A DNA stretch of 63,188 bases, counting the filler, from Globobulimina sp. (lineage: Eukaryota): NCBI GenBank assembly GCA_003354225.1. It is 39 parts of 39 records of this genome, joined end to end, with 100 filler letters (N's around TTAATTAATTAA, not from the genome) between each part and the next. Parts side by side here need not be neighbours in the genome. Positions count along the whole stretch, not along the records: positions 24,347 to 25,869 come from PIVH01015341.1; positions 25,970 to 27,492 come from PIVH01015342.1; positions 27,593 to 29,115 come from PIVH01015343.1; positions 29,216 to 30,738 come from PIVH01015344.1; positions 30,839 to 32,361 come from PIVH01015345.1; positions 32,462 to 33,984 come from PIVH01015346.1; positions 34,085 to 35,607 come from PIVH01015347.1; positions 35,708 to 37,230 come from PIVH01015348.1; 31 more parts are not named here. The stretch is one strand, 5' to 3'. The position numbers were made by a program, and so were the translations under genes. Each line of letters begins with the position of its first letter. Within the stretch, counting starts at the first letter, position 1. Shown piece after piece: positions 25,122 through 37,330 of the stretch. The notes beneath the pieces were generated by a model. That model searched no databases. It saw only the letters and a list, made by a program, of their open reading frames with translations, and was not told the origin of the DNA.

Positions 25122-25991
25122 TTACTATACTTTGTAAGTTATTGTGTATAAATATCTTTTTTTTATTTCTGTTTCTGTTGTAATGAACTCAAATGGTTTT
25201 AACATACTCTTTGTTTTTTCCGTTTGAGTTTGAAGAAAGTAAACATAGCACATTTAATCATTTGCTCCGCCAATGCCATTTTTTTTGATTGGTATTTGGC
25301 TGTATTTACCAGAGAGTAAATTTACAAATGTGCTATTCTACACTGAATTGTTTTGTTTTTTGTGTATTTAATCCTTTAAATTGTTCATTTTTTCTAGCTA
25401 CTGTTTGTACAATTAAAAGCTCGCAAATGTACAGTTGTAAACTTTTTTGTATATTGTAACTTACATATGTACGTACATCAAGTTATTTAACTACATAAAG
25501 TTATTTTTTTAACAATAATTGTAAATATCTAGCCCTATTAGTATGTACTACTGAATGTTGATAGAAAACATTTGTGCTGAACGTGTTGGTCAGGGAACAA
25601 AGTGCGTCATTGCAATGAATGGTACTTTCAAACGAAAAGGTACGCAGAATTAACTGCAGGAATATAAATTAAATTTGTCGAAAAAAAAACAGATCGAAAA
25701 TAAAAATATAGCAACCACTGAAAACAGTCACAGTGCAAACAAAACAACGAAAAACGTGAGAAAAAAAAAGCACACAAAATAATAAACCATCAAAAAGACG
25801 CACTCGCAAAATTACAGGCATATTAAGACAAAGCATGTGCATAAAATTAATATTATAACTGCTTAGAATNNNNNNNNNNNNNNNNNNNNNNNNNNNNNNN
25901 NNNNNNNNNNNNNTTAATTAATTAANNNNNNNNNNNNNNNNNNNNNNNNNNNNNNNNNNNNNNNNNNNNAATTAACGTTGTTTTTTTTGCC

Positions 25992-27492
25992 TCATTCCAA
26001 CAAAGATGGGTCAATATTACGCAATTTGTTTTCATAAATTTTGAGTTTCTGTTTCAAGTATAAATATTCTTCATTTTTTATAGTCATACTCCTATTATTA
26101 TCACGTTTGCTTTTTCCATTCATATTCATTTTCAAGTCATTTACTTTCGCTCTCAACGATGTCTTATTTTTATATTTATCCTCAAACAATACGCCATCAC
26201 TTTTGCAATCACTGAAATTATTATCATTCCCATAACAATAATTATCGCCATCCATTGATTTTAAATCCAGAATGAATTGTTTTCTATCTCTCTCTGACAT
26301 TGTTGTATTTATCTCAGACTTATTATTATCAAAATCTATGCTTTCAACTTTCTCTTCTTGATTCAGATTATTTTCCGCAAAATATGACGATTTTTTATCC
26401 ATTATCTGATTGCAATGACTACAAACGGTCGGTATTTGATTTAGGACTTTCTCATCGACATTAACTACATTTCCATGTTCTCCATTCGTACTTTCTTGAT
26501 AAAATGAGTGTGTTTCCACGGAATTGGCATTGGCAAACTCTGCTTCTTCATTTACAACATTTAATGTGTGCACAGTTGAGATATTATTCATATTTCGCAA
26601 TTGCAACGAATCACTTGTTTGCGAATCCAGCGCCCAATGCGACGATGCAATTGATTCACTCACTGATATTTTGTTGCTTTTCCTGTTAAACTCTTGATTC
26701 ATTCTTTGCAGTTTCTTTAATTGCAATTGTGTGTTTCTCCACGTTTTATTCAATTCATCATCAAAATTTGAAATTCTTTTCTCGTAAACTTTGGGTGGTT
26801 TATCGTCCATAATATATGGCCGTATTTTGTTACTTTTATAATAAATGTCGGTCTCGAATAAAGCTTTGCTTTTTTGCTGTATCCGAGACACCAAATTGTG
26901 TGCATTTATGTTGACATTGTGGTCGTATTCAGGGAAGCTATGCGATGTCGCATTTGTGTTATAGTCGTAATGGTGTTTATATTCACTCTGTTTTTTACTT
27001 TTACGCTGGCCGTGATATTTGAGCATGTATTGTCTATATTTATTGGTAAAGCTTGTGTTTAATGGATTTGCTGTCTCTTTAGGTTTTGGTGGCAATGGTA
27101 AGGATATGGCTGTATTGCTATTACTTTTTATTTCATCCTCTTGCTCTAATTTGTGCAGTTTGGCTCTTAGATTTTGTAATCTTCCATCAATGACAGAGCC
27201 AATGCAGGATATTTGTAAGGAGGTATTTTTTTGCTTTTTGTTTGGGCGGATTGGTGATAAGGATCTGGATGTTGCGTTGTGTGGAAATAGTGCGGAGTCA
27301 ATGTTATTATTATTATTGTTGATATTGGTAAGCTGAGATTGCAAAGAATTTGTTGAAAATTCTAATTTTCTTCGTGCTTTTTCAAAATCATTACCGAGGC
27401 TTTGCATATTTTTTTCAAAATTAATCATTGAATTTGGATCAATATATTGTTTTTCATGTCGTATTTGTTCATGTTGAAAATTATTATTCCTC
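25992..27492 (-). CDS. Coiled-coil/low-complexity hypothetical protein (partial)
   Basis: 478+ aa open frame, N/K/S-rich. Confidence 0.65.
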
Positions 27493-27812
27493 NNNNNNNN
27501 NNNNNNNNNNNNNNNNNNNNNNNNNNNNNNNNNNNNTTAATTAATTAANNNNNNNNNNNNNNNNNNNNNNNNNNNNNNNNNNNNNNNNNNNNCAAGGACA
27601 TTCAGACAAAGAAACAAAAATATATATAAAAAAATAAAATTATAAAAAAAAATGAATAATGAATCAGAAATATTTAAAATTTAAATAGCAAACAAAACCC
27701 AAACCACAACAACAACACACCACACCACTAAATATAATATAATATGGTCAATAAATAAATTATATATAAATCCCTCTCTATTTCTACAATATTTACAACA
27801 TAAAACAAATAC

Positions 27813-29115
27813 TTATCTGTGGAATTGATTTGACTTCCTCCTCTTTTGTGGTTTTATACACAGATTACTACCAAATGGAGTATTTTGTGGATTGCTTTCA
27901 TTTTGTTTGTTACCTTTAAAATCAAATGAATTTGTTTTTTTTCGCTTAGATTCTCCAAAATTATTTTTTTTTGTCTTTGATCCAAAATTATTTCCATTTC
28001 CATCAAATTTGTTTTTTTTACTCTTTGATGAAAAATTATTTTTCTTTGGTTTCCTTTCAAACCTATCACCAAAATCATTTTTGAAATTCTGTGGTTTAGA
28101 TGTTGCTTTATCGGCCATTCCAAAGTCATTGCCGGATTTCGGTTTATTTCGTTGTTCTTTTTGTTGGTCTGAATACGATGAGGATTCTGCGCCAATCTCT
28201 AGCAATCGCGGTACTTTGTCGATTGGCATGGATGCTTTTGTCTCGATTCGCCGTTTCTTCTTCATTTCTTGTCTTTGTTTCTGAAGTTGTCGCATTTTAT
28301 CCAAGCCATGTTTTATTTGTGATATGTCATTAATTATCGATCTATTTATAATATTGCCGTTCTGTATTAATAATAATTTATCTTGGGCTATATGAGGGTG
28401 ATGCGGCGAACAGCAACAACGTGGTACTCCACGCACAATCCATCCTAAATTCGCGGTGGATTCTCCTTTTTTATCGTCATCATCATCGTCTTGCATGTGA
28501 CTGAAATGGTTTTTAAATAATATCTGTTCCGAAAATACCAATTTCTCATAACATTGTTTTCGCGATAATATCTTCTTTGCACTCCGCCGATGTTTACTGC
28601 TTTTAAATTTAAAATATGCCACACTTAATTCTTCATAATGTTCATCTTTTTGATATACGGCCTGTTTCACAAAATCTTCCTTCTCCTCTTCATCATCGCC
28701 GTCATCGCCCTCTTCAGCATCAAACTTTCCTTCCTTCTTTTCCTCCTTTTTAATATTACTTATTTGTCTCTTGGTTGGTTTAAAATCTTCTAAATATTGC
28801 CGTAAATCATGCATTTGCTGTATCGATATATTTGAGATAATTAAGGTTTTGCCATCATGTAAATCTTCCATTGGTTCATGGCTTAAGACACCACATCGCT
28901 CCATATCTTGCCTATACTTTGTAAATAATTGTTCGTCATTGATATGATTTTGTAATTCCTGCCAATTCTCCGCCAAATGCAGTTGTCGAAATTGTTGCTG
29001 TCGTCGGTGTTGATAGTTAATATGATGACTATTCCCGACAGGATAGGAATGACTATGCGAGACACAGTCAAAATCATTGCTACATTCCTTCGCTACATTG
29101 CCTTTTGCCGCATTG
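27813..29115 (-). CDS. Hypothetical protein with RRM-like segment and K/N/F-rich tail (partial)
   Basis: 387+ aa ORF with TLIISNI...VAYFKF and repeated KKNNF/NDFG units. Confidence 0.55.
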
Positions 29116-29397
29116 NNNNNNNNNNNNNNNNNNNNNNNNNNNNNNNNNNNNNNNNNNNNTTAATTAATTAANNNNNNNNNNNNNNNNNNNNNNNNNNNNN
29201 NNNNNNNNNNNNNNNAGAATAATATACTATTTCCCAACTGTGGCTCTGCGTTTGTTGGATATATGCAACGAAGTGGAGTTTTTTTTTTTTTATGCATTTT
29301 TAATTGAAGCTCTAAAAACAAAAATAAAAACAAAAAAACGTTGCTATATATACGGGAGCACAGGATTTCTACCTATCATGGGATGAGCGGGAACCCA

Positions 29398-29450
29398 TTT
29401 TATCGTTTAATTTATTTTATCGTTTAATTTATTTTATCGTTTAATTTATT
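29398..29450. repeat. 17-bp tandem repeat, three copies
   Basis: TTTTATCGTTTAATTTA repeated. Confidence 0.85.
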
Positions 29451-29485
29451 GATTTTATTCATATTTTATGTACTCGGGACACACA

Positions 29486-30391
29486 TCATCCTGTCAAACA
29501 AGTATAATTTACATGGTTTATCGGTGTTTTCTTGACTGTACATATTCTCTGCTTGTTTATGATTATTGACTCATCGTCCCACAGTATAATATTATTCAAT
29601 TTATCCACCAATTGAGGTACGATAAGTTGTGTGCCGTTTACAAATCCGATGGTAACATGGAATCCAACATTATCACGTCTTGGTTTATTTATTGGTATGC
29701 CATGACGCTGCAAAGTCTGTTCAAATGCAGTTACTGCGCCCAATAAAATAGCCTGTGAGCTATCTGTAGCAAGCACTACAATCTCAATATATGTATTATT
29801 TGGATATCTGTCCAGTGCATACGATCCATCATCGAAACAAACAACTCTTTGAAATCTTATTTCCATTTTTGGCCATACATAATTAGCAGTAATATTATTT
29901 ACAATTTGCAATTCATCATTTGATAGACAACAAAAATAATCCAATGTTAAATGTACACTCGAATCGCGTTCGTCAATGGCAAATATAGAATGAGTCGCAT
30001 TTAATCCTAAAGCAGCAATATATTGTTGCGTTGCAATGGATGCGTTGTGTATTTGATCAATGAAATGCTGCGGCCATTGGTATTCAAAATTTAATGAAGC
30101 GGACGCTAAGCTGGCTGTACATGGCTCAGAGCAGCCCGCGCCACCGGATTGAGGATAGGCAGGGTTTAAAGCACATTTTGGCAGGTTATTGTTGTTGTCA
30201 TTGTCTGATGGTTTATCCTGTTCATAGGTTAATAAATATGACATTATGATAATACCAGTAATTATTGCAATGGCGAGAATTGTTATGAATATAATTCGTT
30301 TCAATAGTGTTTGACGTGAATGCCATTCAAAATCTGTAGCATTCTCCTCAATTAATTCGTAATTCGCATTTGAGTTTGTCTGAGTCTCCAT
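29486..30391 (-). CDS. Type II membrane 2H-phosphoesterase family protein
   Basis: N-terminal TM helix and two HxT motifs, VHLTLDY and FHVTIG, about 100 aa apart. Confidence 0.72.
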   Translation of the reverse strand: METQTNSNANYELIEENATDFEWHSRQTLLKRIIFITILAIAIITGIIIMSYLLTYEQDKPSDNDNNNNLPKCALNPAYPQSGGAGCSEPCTASLASASLNFEYQWPQHFIDQIHNASIATQQYIAALGLNATHSIFAIDERDSSVHLTLDYFCCLSNDELQIVNNITANYVWPKMEIRFQRVVCFDDGSYALDRYPNNTYIEIVVLATDSSQAILLGAVTAFEQTLQRHGIPINKPRRDNVGFHVTIGFVNGTQLIVPQLVDKLNNIILWDDESIIINKQRICTVKKTPINHVNYTCLTG

Positions 30392-30838
30392 TGGGTGAAT
30401 TGGATCAGAGATATCGATGCGGATTGATTACAACTCGTGGCTTGAAGAAGCAGCAATTTTTGATTTGTTATTTTGATCTTTTTTAATTTTTCTAGTTATT
30501 AATAGTATCAGATTGCGAAGCTTCCGTAATGGCACCTTTAATTTTTTTATCGTTATTGATATCCTTGATCAATCCACTCATAAACTAAGACTATCGCCAA
30601 CATTTCCCAACATAAAACCGACGACATAAAAAGGTGAAATGAAGAGTGAAGAACAGCAGAAAAATAAATTAAAACAGGTGCAATATAATACTAAACAGCA
30701 AAATATCAAGTGGAGTTATTGGTATACAATCAACTGCANNNNNNNNNNNNNNNNNNNNNNNNNNNNNNNNNNNNNNNNNNNNTTAATTAATTAANNNNNN
30801 NNNNNNNNNNNNNNNNNNNNNNNNNNNNNNNNNNNNNN

Positions 30839-31575
30839 TTTCCTGCATTATCCATCTCAAAATAAACCATCGCCTTATCATTCCCACTAAGTACCTTTCC
30901 ATATCTACACCAACAAAACGTGTTAAATTTCCCAGCAAACAGCAAAACATTTTTACTCATTTTCTTAAACACTGACTTGCAATCATCAGAAATATGAAAT
31001 TCGAAATCATTGTCACAGTTACTTTTGAGCTCTTCAACTTGTTTGATTTGTAGCTGTAACTCTTTAATTGTTTCATCGCTGCGAGTTTCCTTAAGTTTCC
31101 TTTGAGTAATTTCAGCATTCTGACCACGAATAAATTTACTTAATGATACAATCTCTTCCTTTAATTTATTTTCATTCTTTGACATAACAGCCTGTAATGA
31201 TTTGTTTTTTTCATTTAAATATCGATTGTTTTCTTCTAATTTTTGAATTTTTATTTTCAAAGAATATGTCGGATTATATATCTTGACACAATCTGAAATA
31301 TGTTCATTTATTAACTGCTTCAAAGTTCCCTTCCATTCACAGCCAGTAATAATATTTGGATTTCCTTCCTTTTTGTTATCATTACCCATCGTATCAAGTA
31401 ATTGCCGCTTGTTTTTGTTATCATTTTGTGAATGTTTTGTGCATCGTGTTTTAAATTGAGCAGAAAATGGACAGATAACAATAGATCTGAAGATCTGTCT
31501 TCGTGCTGATCGTGCTGCAACAACCGATGGTTTATTATGATTGTTAATGATACATTTATCAGTATTATTATATAG
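30839..31575 (-). CDS. TRAF-type zinc finger plus coiled-coil protein (5'-truncated fragment)
   Basis: CIINNH..ARRQIFRSIVICP...GCEWKGTLKQLINEHISDC followed by a coiled coil. The frame extends upstream of the called ORF. Confidence 0.7.
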
Positions 31576-32134
31576 ATAACTGTTTGTATAGTTGGAATTT
31601 TATGATATTCGATGAGGAGTGAGTGGGATTCATGATATTTATGGGTTGGAGATGATATATATGATTGTTGAGCTGTGGGTGGGATGGCGCGTAGCGCCTC
31701 ACATCCCACAGTCTCATACAATCATTATATTCATCTCTCAACACATTAAATTCATAAAGAATCCCATCTCATCTCTCTCATTCAAATACATAATAATTCC
31801 ATACTATATCAATAAAGTTATTAATTGATAACGTTTTGTTGGCGTCTTTGGTGTTTTTGGTGGTGGTGTAGTGGTGTGGTGGCGGTGGCGGTGTATTTTT
31901 ATAGTGTTTATCTTTTTTATTTTGTGTATACTATTGTTTACTGTGTTATCGTATGTTGTTGAGTTGGATTTTAGATATTTTAATACTTAACAGTTAGCTT
32001 TTATGGATAACAGTAAATTATGATAAACTAATGTTTTTTACTTAAGTTAACTAACTATCTACTCACTAAACTACTCACATCAATCGTCTCTTTTTTCACA
32101 ACTACTATTTATCAATTATTAATTACATGGATCT

Positions 32135-32361
32135 ATGGTATCAATGGAAAGCGACGAAGTCGCTTTATTTACGGCAAGCGGCGAAGCCGCTTCATCTATG
32201 GGTACAAAGACAGAACTATTTATATTGGTATTTATGGTAAGCGGCGAAGCCGCTTCATGTATGGCATATAATTATTTTATGTTTATTAATATTTGGTATT
32301 ATGGCCAGCGGCGAAGCCGCTTCATCTCTACGCACATAATTATTTTATATTTGGTATTATG
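32135..32361. repeat. Array of GC-rich GAA-loop hairpins (AAGCGGC-GAA-GCCGCTT) in AT-rich spacers
   Basis: Hairpins at 32148-32166, 32176-32192, 32239-32255 and 32307-32321. The contig ends at the start of another unit. Confidence 0.85.
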
Positions 32362-32461
32362 NNNNNNNNNNNNNNNNNNNNNNNNNNNNNNNNNNNNNNN
32401 NNNNNTTAATTAATTAANNNNNNNNNNNNNNNNNNNNNNNNNNNNNNNNNNNNNNNNNNNN

Positions 32462-32653
32462 ACTGAAAAATTGTTGATTCAAAACGCTCATATTATTATT
32501 ATTTGATGATTCGTGTTTAGATAACGTTTCTTGCACTTTTGAAAATGTCGGCACATTAAATCTCTCGTAGTTTGCCATTACCCATGATGCTATAGATGTG
32601 GATAAGCATATCCTAGATCTACGATTGAACAAAGAACATAATCTAGTGAACAT
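32462..32653 (-). CDS. N-terminus of a probable mitochondrion-targeted protein
   Basis: MFTRLCSLFNRRSRICLS presequence-like start; head-to-head with the SBP2 gene. Confidence 0.45.
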
Positions 32654-32692
32654 TTTCAGTCAAGTTAATTATGTTTTTATTTTTAAGTAAAA

Positions 32693-33984
32693 ATGAATGA
32701 GCAGACCAAATTGAAAATAACAAAAAGTTCCAGAGGTGGTAGAGGATGGATAAAACTCACCAGAATATCGAATAGGACAACAGGAAGAGGTGGAGGTGGA
32801 GGAAGAGGAAGAGGAGCAGTACGAGGTAATATACATAATAATAACGATCCTTATAAAAGCAATGTAAGACCTTATAAACCAAAATCAATTGCAATGAATA
32901 ATAATAATAATGAACCTGTGAGAAAACCTGCTGTTAATGATGCGATTATGACAAATAATAATAAAAACAAGGCGGCAAACTCTAAAATAACCAAACAAAA
33001 TAAATCTATGAGCAGTAATGAATCAGTCAACAAACCAGCAATCAACAATAAAATAATCACAACAAACAAAAAGAACGTGGAACCACAAAAAGCCAAATCG
33101 AACAATGCAAAGAATGCAAATAAAGGCAAAAATAAAAAAAAGTATCAAACAAATCGACCAAAACCATCACAACTCAATTTATGTGATTTTATTAATATTC
33201 CCCAATATAAAAAGAAAAAACCCGCAAAAAAAAAATTAACAGTAAACCAAAAAGTATTTAAATTAGAAAAAGCATTCAAAATTAAAGAAGAATTACAAAA
33301 GCATCCATACATTGTCAAACAAGAATACAGAAAAAAATTAAACCAAAAAAAAGCAGCAACAGCAACAGCATTAAACAGTGACGACAATCAAACAAAAAAC
33401 AACATCATTAAAATAGAAAAAACATTAAAAACTGATAACAATGAAAGCAAAAACAATATTGTTAAAATAGAAAAGAAAACATCAAAATTTAAAGCAACAT
33501 CACAGAAAAAACATATTAAAAAAGGCAGAATCCATAAAGATGTGGTAAGTGTAGTTGAATTTTTAGTAAATGCAGTTTGTGGCAATGAAATAAATGATAT
33601 CAATATGAATGATAACTATAAATTGAATAAAAAACTTAAAAATAAAAACGTTCGTCTACGAAAGAAAGAGATGGAAAAATTGAAGAAATTACAACCAAAT
33701 TTGATTTCGGAGAGAAATAAATTGAAAGATTATCATTGCGGATTACATGGAGAGATCATGAAATATGGAGAAATCCGCTCATATTCAAATCATTTGACCT
33801 CAATAGAATTGCATGACAGGGTCGGATTCTTATTGACGAAGTTATCCATATTACGACAGAGAGAGAGAGATAAAATCCGAGAAAATGAATTTTTAAAACT
33901 AAAGGAACACAAGTTTTTTCTTTGTGGAATGAAAGAATGTTTGAAATCATTGCGTCGACGTCGTGCGGATCCGCAATATGTGAA
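32693..33984 (+). CDS. SECISBP2: SECIS-binding protein 2-like (partial; start of L7Ae domain)
   Basis: IRSYSNHLTSIELHDRVGFLLTKLSILRQR...KFFLCGMKECLKSL matches the SBP2 pattern R.Y....L..E.D..V..LL..L..FQ.R...R.V.GLRE..K.L. K-rich region upstream. Confidence 0.72.
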
Positions 33985-34802
33985 NNNNNNNNNNNNNNNN
34001 NNNNNNNNNNNNNNNNNNNNNNNNNNNNTTAATTAATTAANNNNNNNNNNNNNNNNNNNNNNNNNNNNNNNNNNNNNNNNNNNNTACTAACATTTGAGTG
34101 CTTCACTTTGTAACGAAGTATGCTGACCATGGGCTATAACTCTTTGGCAAAATCCCCCAGATGGTCGAATCGATTGTGTTTTCATTGTAGAGGCACGTTC
34201 CATCCATCATCCATCACAATTAAATGTAATTGGATGCAGTTTATTGGTAGTAGGGGGAACTGTTTAACCTTCTTTTTTTTGGAAAAAAAGAAGTCCGGCC
34301 GATACACTAAACACGCTTCACGTTTCCCCTTGACTCAAGATACAGGATTACGAATACCAGATGCCCGTCCTGAACCATGTGAAGGAATTTAGACCTCTTA
34401 CACACATGTTTAAATGGACAGGTCGCCACATCAGGTACGAATCCACAAGAGTCGAAGAGTCAGGACCCAACTCATGGAGTGTCAGTAGCGTTGAACTCAT
34501 CAACTACGAACCTGACACAATGTTTGAGTCCGAGAAGCGCATTGGTGGACTGTAATACCTGCCATCCACCACCTGGATCATTTTCTTTCTTAACAAGGCG
34601 TGCAACACCATGTCCAACAAAATAGCAGGACACAGTATCACAACACCTGAAAGTTAAAAGAGTTTTGACTTAAGGCTGTAGAATAAGTAGGTAGACACAA
34701 CAAAATCATAACAAAAATAAAATAACAAAAATAAAATAACAAAATAAAATCCGAAAAAACAACGTACAAAAATAGCACAGTGTGAGATTGTTCAAATTTG
34801 TG

Positions 34803-35400
34803 TCAGTGTTTGTGTATATAAAATGTGATGCGGCATGCAAACACATTTGGGAATGCAAGTGATGCGGTATGCAAACACTTGTTGATTACATTGCATGCAT
34901 TGCAAATGTAATTAAAGTAAAGGCAGTGAACGAAGCAGTCGGACAGTGCGGTATGTAAAATGTGATGTTGTATGCAAACACATTTGAAATACAAGTGATG
35001 CTGTATGCAAACACTTGTTGCCTGAATACATTGCATGCATTGCAAATGTAAATAAAAAGGCAGCTGTCGGTAAACATAAGGTAGTTTGTGGCGGTAAACA
35101 GAAGCAGTTTTGTGGCGGACAAAAGGTAGTTCATTGTGTAGTTGGTCCTGGTTTGTGGTAAAGGCAGCAAAAAGGCAGTTTGTTGTTGAACAGAAGTCAT
35201 GGTTTGCGGGGGTAGAGAACGAGGCAGTGGTTGTGGTGAAAAGGAGGCAGTTAAAAGGGCAGTGAGCAGAGAGTCGTTGGTGCCGTTAAAAGCCAGTGTG
35301 TTGTGTTGAAAAGAAGGCAGTTTGTGGTGGTGGGGATAAGGAGCGGGCAGTTCTTCGTCGCGAACAGAAGGAAGTTTGTTGTGGCCGTCGTATTGGTGTC
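34803..35400. repeat. Degenerate minisatellite: ~137-bp dimer built from GTGATGnnGTATGCAAACAC units, followed by AAGGCAGTTTGTGG-like units
   Basis: Direct repeats at ~34815-34925 and ~34952-35063, then short repeats to ~35390. Confidence 0.7.
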
Positions 35401-35832
35401 CAATGGATATGATGCAGCTACATACAATATTGATGAATACAAGAATGTAAAAGAACATGTCTGCTTTAGGTCAGCATCATGTTTGCATTGTCAAAGCCAA
35501 GCGAACAGAGAAAAAGTTTTTCGATCCGTAGATCAATGCTGAATTTGATAATTCTGTGCCAAAATTGTATGCATGGTTGCAAGGAAAGGGTACATTGGAT
35601 TGAAATGNNNNNNNNNNNNNNNNNNNNNNNNNNNNNNNNNNNNNNNNNNNNTTAATTAATTAANNNNNNNNNNNNNNNNNNNNNNNNNNNNNNNNNNNNN
35701 NNNNNNNTTTTATTTACGCAGCTACATTGAGACGACGAAATATCGCACACCTAGCTACAAAAAAAAAACAGTAAAAAAACATCAACATCATTGCACGCTC
35801 ATCCATTGGATACAATTTGAAATACGCTTCAT

Positions 35833-36837
35833 ATGGAACTCTGGATTTATGATAAAATCATGCATTCCAAAGGAGAAGATCCGATAAAAAGATCTACAAA
35901 ACATACCTACACCGTTGCAGAAGATGCATTTCGTAGCGACTTGGCCAAAGGTAAAACTATTTGGACAGATGAGTTCTTTCCAGATTATCGAGCATACATT
36001 CAAAATAATCATTTATTGTTTTCAATATTTTCCGTTTCTGCTTTGCACCCATTTTCTAGGAAAGAAAGGATTTCTGCATTGTTTAGTGAATCATGCTTAG
36101 CATTTTCAATATTTGTTTTATTTGAATCGTTAAACATGGATCAAACATTTGGTGCTCACGGCGATAGAATCATAATGTTCATAGAAGCTTTATTAACATC
36201 TTCATTTGCTTTAACTTTGCAAAACTGCGGAACATGCGGTGCTGTACAAAATGCTGACGATGATAAACGAAAACGCTATGAATTTCTCGGAGATGTTGGC
36301 ATTTTGATTATGACTGTTACAGTCTGTATATGTGCAATATGCTCTTTATTCATATTTATTGAACACAAAGGTGCTCAAACTGCAGATATGGAGCTAAATA
36401 TTTGGATAAGTGCTCAGACCTTATCGTGGGTCATAGATTTGTTTATAAATTTGATACAATTTGTATGTGATGCAACATCTGAAAGAAGAGCTATTGCGAA
36501 TTCTGAGTCAGATTTAAAGATAACTTATTTGGATTACTTGATGTGGAAAAAATCATTGATTGGAAGACACACAGATGACATTGATAAAAAGAGACATATT
36601 CCGAGTTCAGTCGAATTGGTAGAATTAGAAGAAATGGAATCAGGCAGAAGACGATCATCCTTTTATCCCAGCATTGATGGGCGGGATAGTATAAATAATA
36701 CAAATAATATGAATGTGTCACAATCATCCAACTCTCATTATATTATTGATGCAGAAAATAAGATTACAGAGACAAGCACTGTGCCTCAGTGGTGTGACAA
36801 ATATAAAGATAAAAAGATGATTATATTTTTGAGTTAA
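35833..36837 (+). CDS. Multi-pass membrane protein with polycystin-like 'H...SIF...PF.R.ER' segment
   Basis: 334-aa ORF; NNHLLFSIFSVSALHPFSRKERI followed by several TM helices. Confidence 0.6.
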   Translation: MELWIYDKIMHSKGEDPIKRSTKHTYTVAEDAFRSDLAKGKTIWTDEFFPDYRAYIQNNHLLFSIFSVSALHPFSRKERISALFSESCLAFSIFVLFESLNMDQTFGAHGDRIIMFIEALLTSSFALTLQNCGTCGAVQNADDDKRKRYEFLGDVGILIMTVTVCICAICSLFIFIEHKGAQTADMELNIWISAQTLSWVIDLFINLIQFVCDATSERRAIANSESDLKITYLDYLMWKKSLIGRHTDDIDKKRHIPSSVELVELEEMESGRRRSSFYPSIDGRDSINNTNNMNVSQSSNSHYIIDAENKITETSTVPQWCDKYKDKKMIIFLS

Positions 36838-37330
36838 TTTACTGCATTTAAGAGTACAAATAATCATTGTTAGGTTAGGTCAACATTTATCAGATATCAA
36901 TGATGTTTTTTAATTTCGGGTCACAAAATACTTCTGGAGCAAGTTGCGACCACTATAGCATTGTAATAATACAATTTGTGGATATAATTTGTTGATAAAA
37001 TTTTGTTGAGTATGCTATTTTTCTGTATGCATGTAAGTTTCTATGAAGATTCATATGAGATTCCATCGTTATTCAAAGACTCATGGGATTCAATATATAT
37101 ATTTCTGAGTGTCAGGATTCTAAATATATTGCATGACACATTATACTTAATCTAGTCATTATCGAAATACGTATCAAAACGGTTCTTGCAGTTCAAAATA
37201 AAGAAGAATCTCCTACAGTAAAATGTTACANNNNNNNNNNNNNNNNNNNNNNNNNNNNNNNNNNNNNNNNNNNNTTAATTAATTAANNNNNNNNNNNNNN
37301 NNNNNNNNNNNNNNNNNNNNNNNNNNNNNN

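Noticed and set aside
32135..32361. CRISPR array interpretation of the hairpin repeats
   Set aside because: Repeats are degenerate, spacing is irregular, spacers resemble each other, no cas genes are present and the context is eukaryotic.
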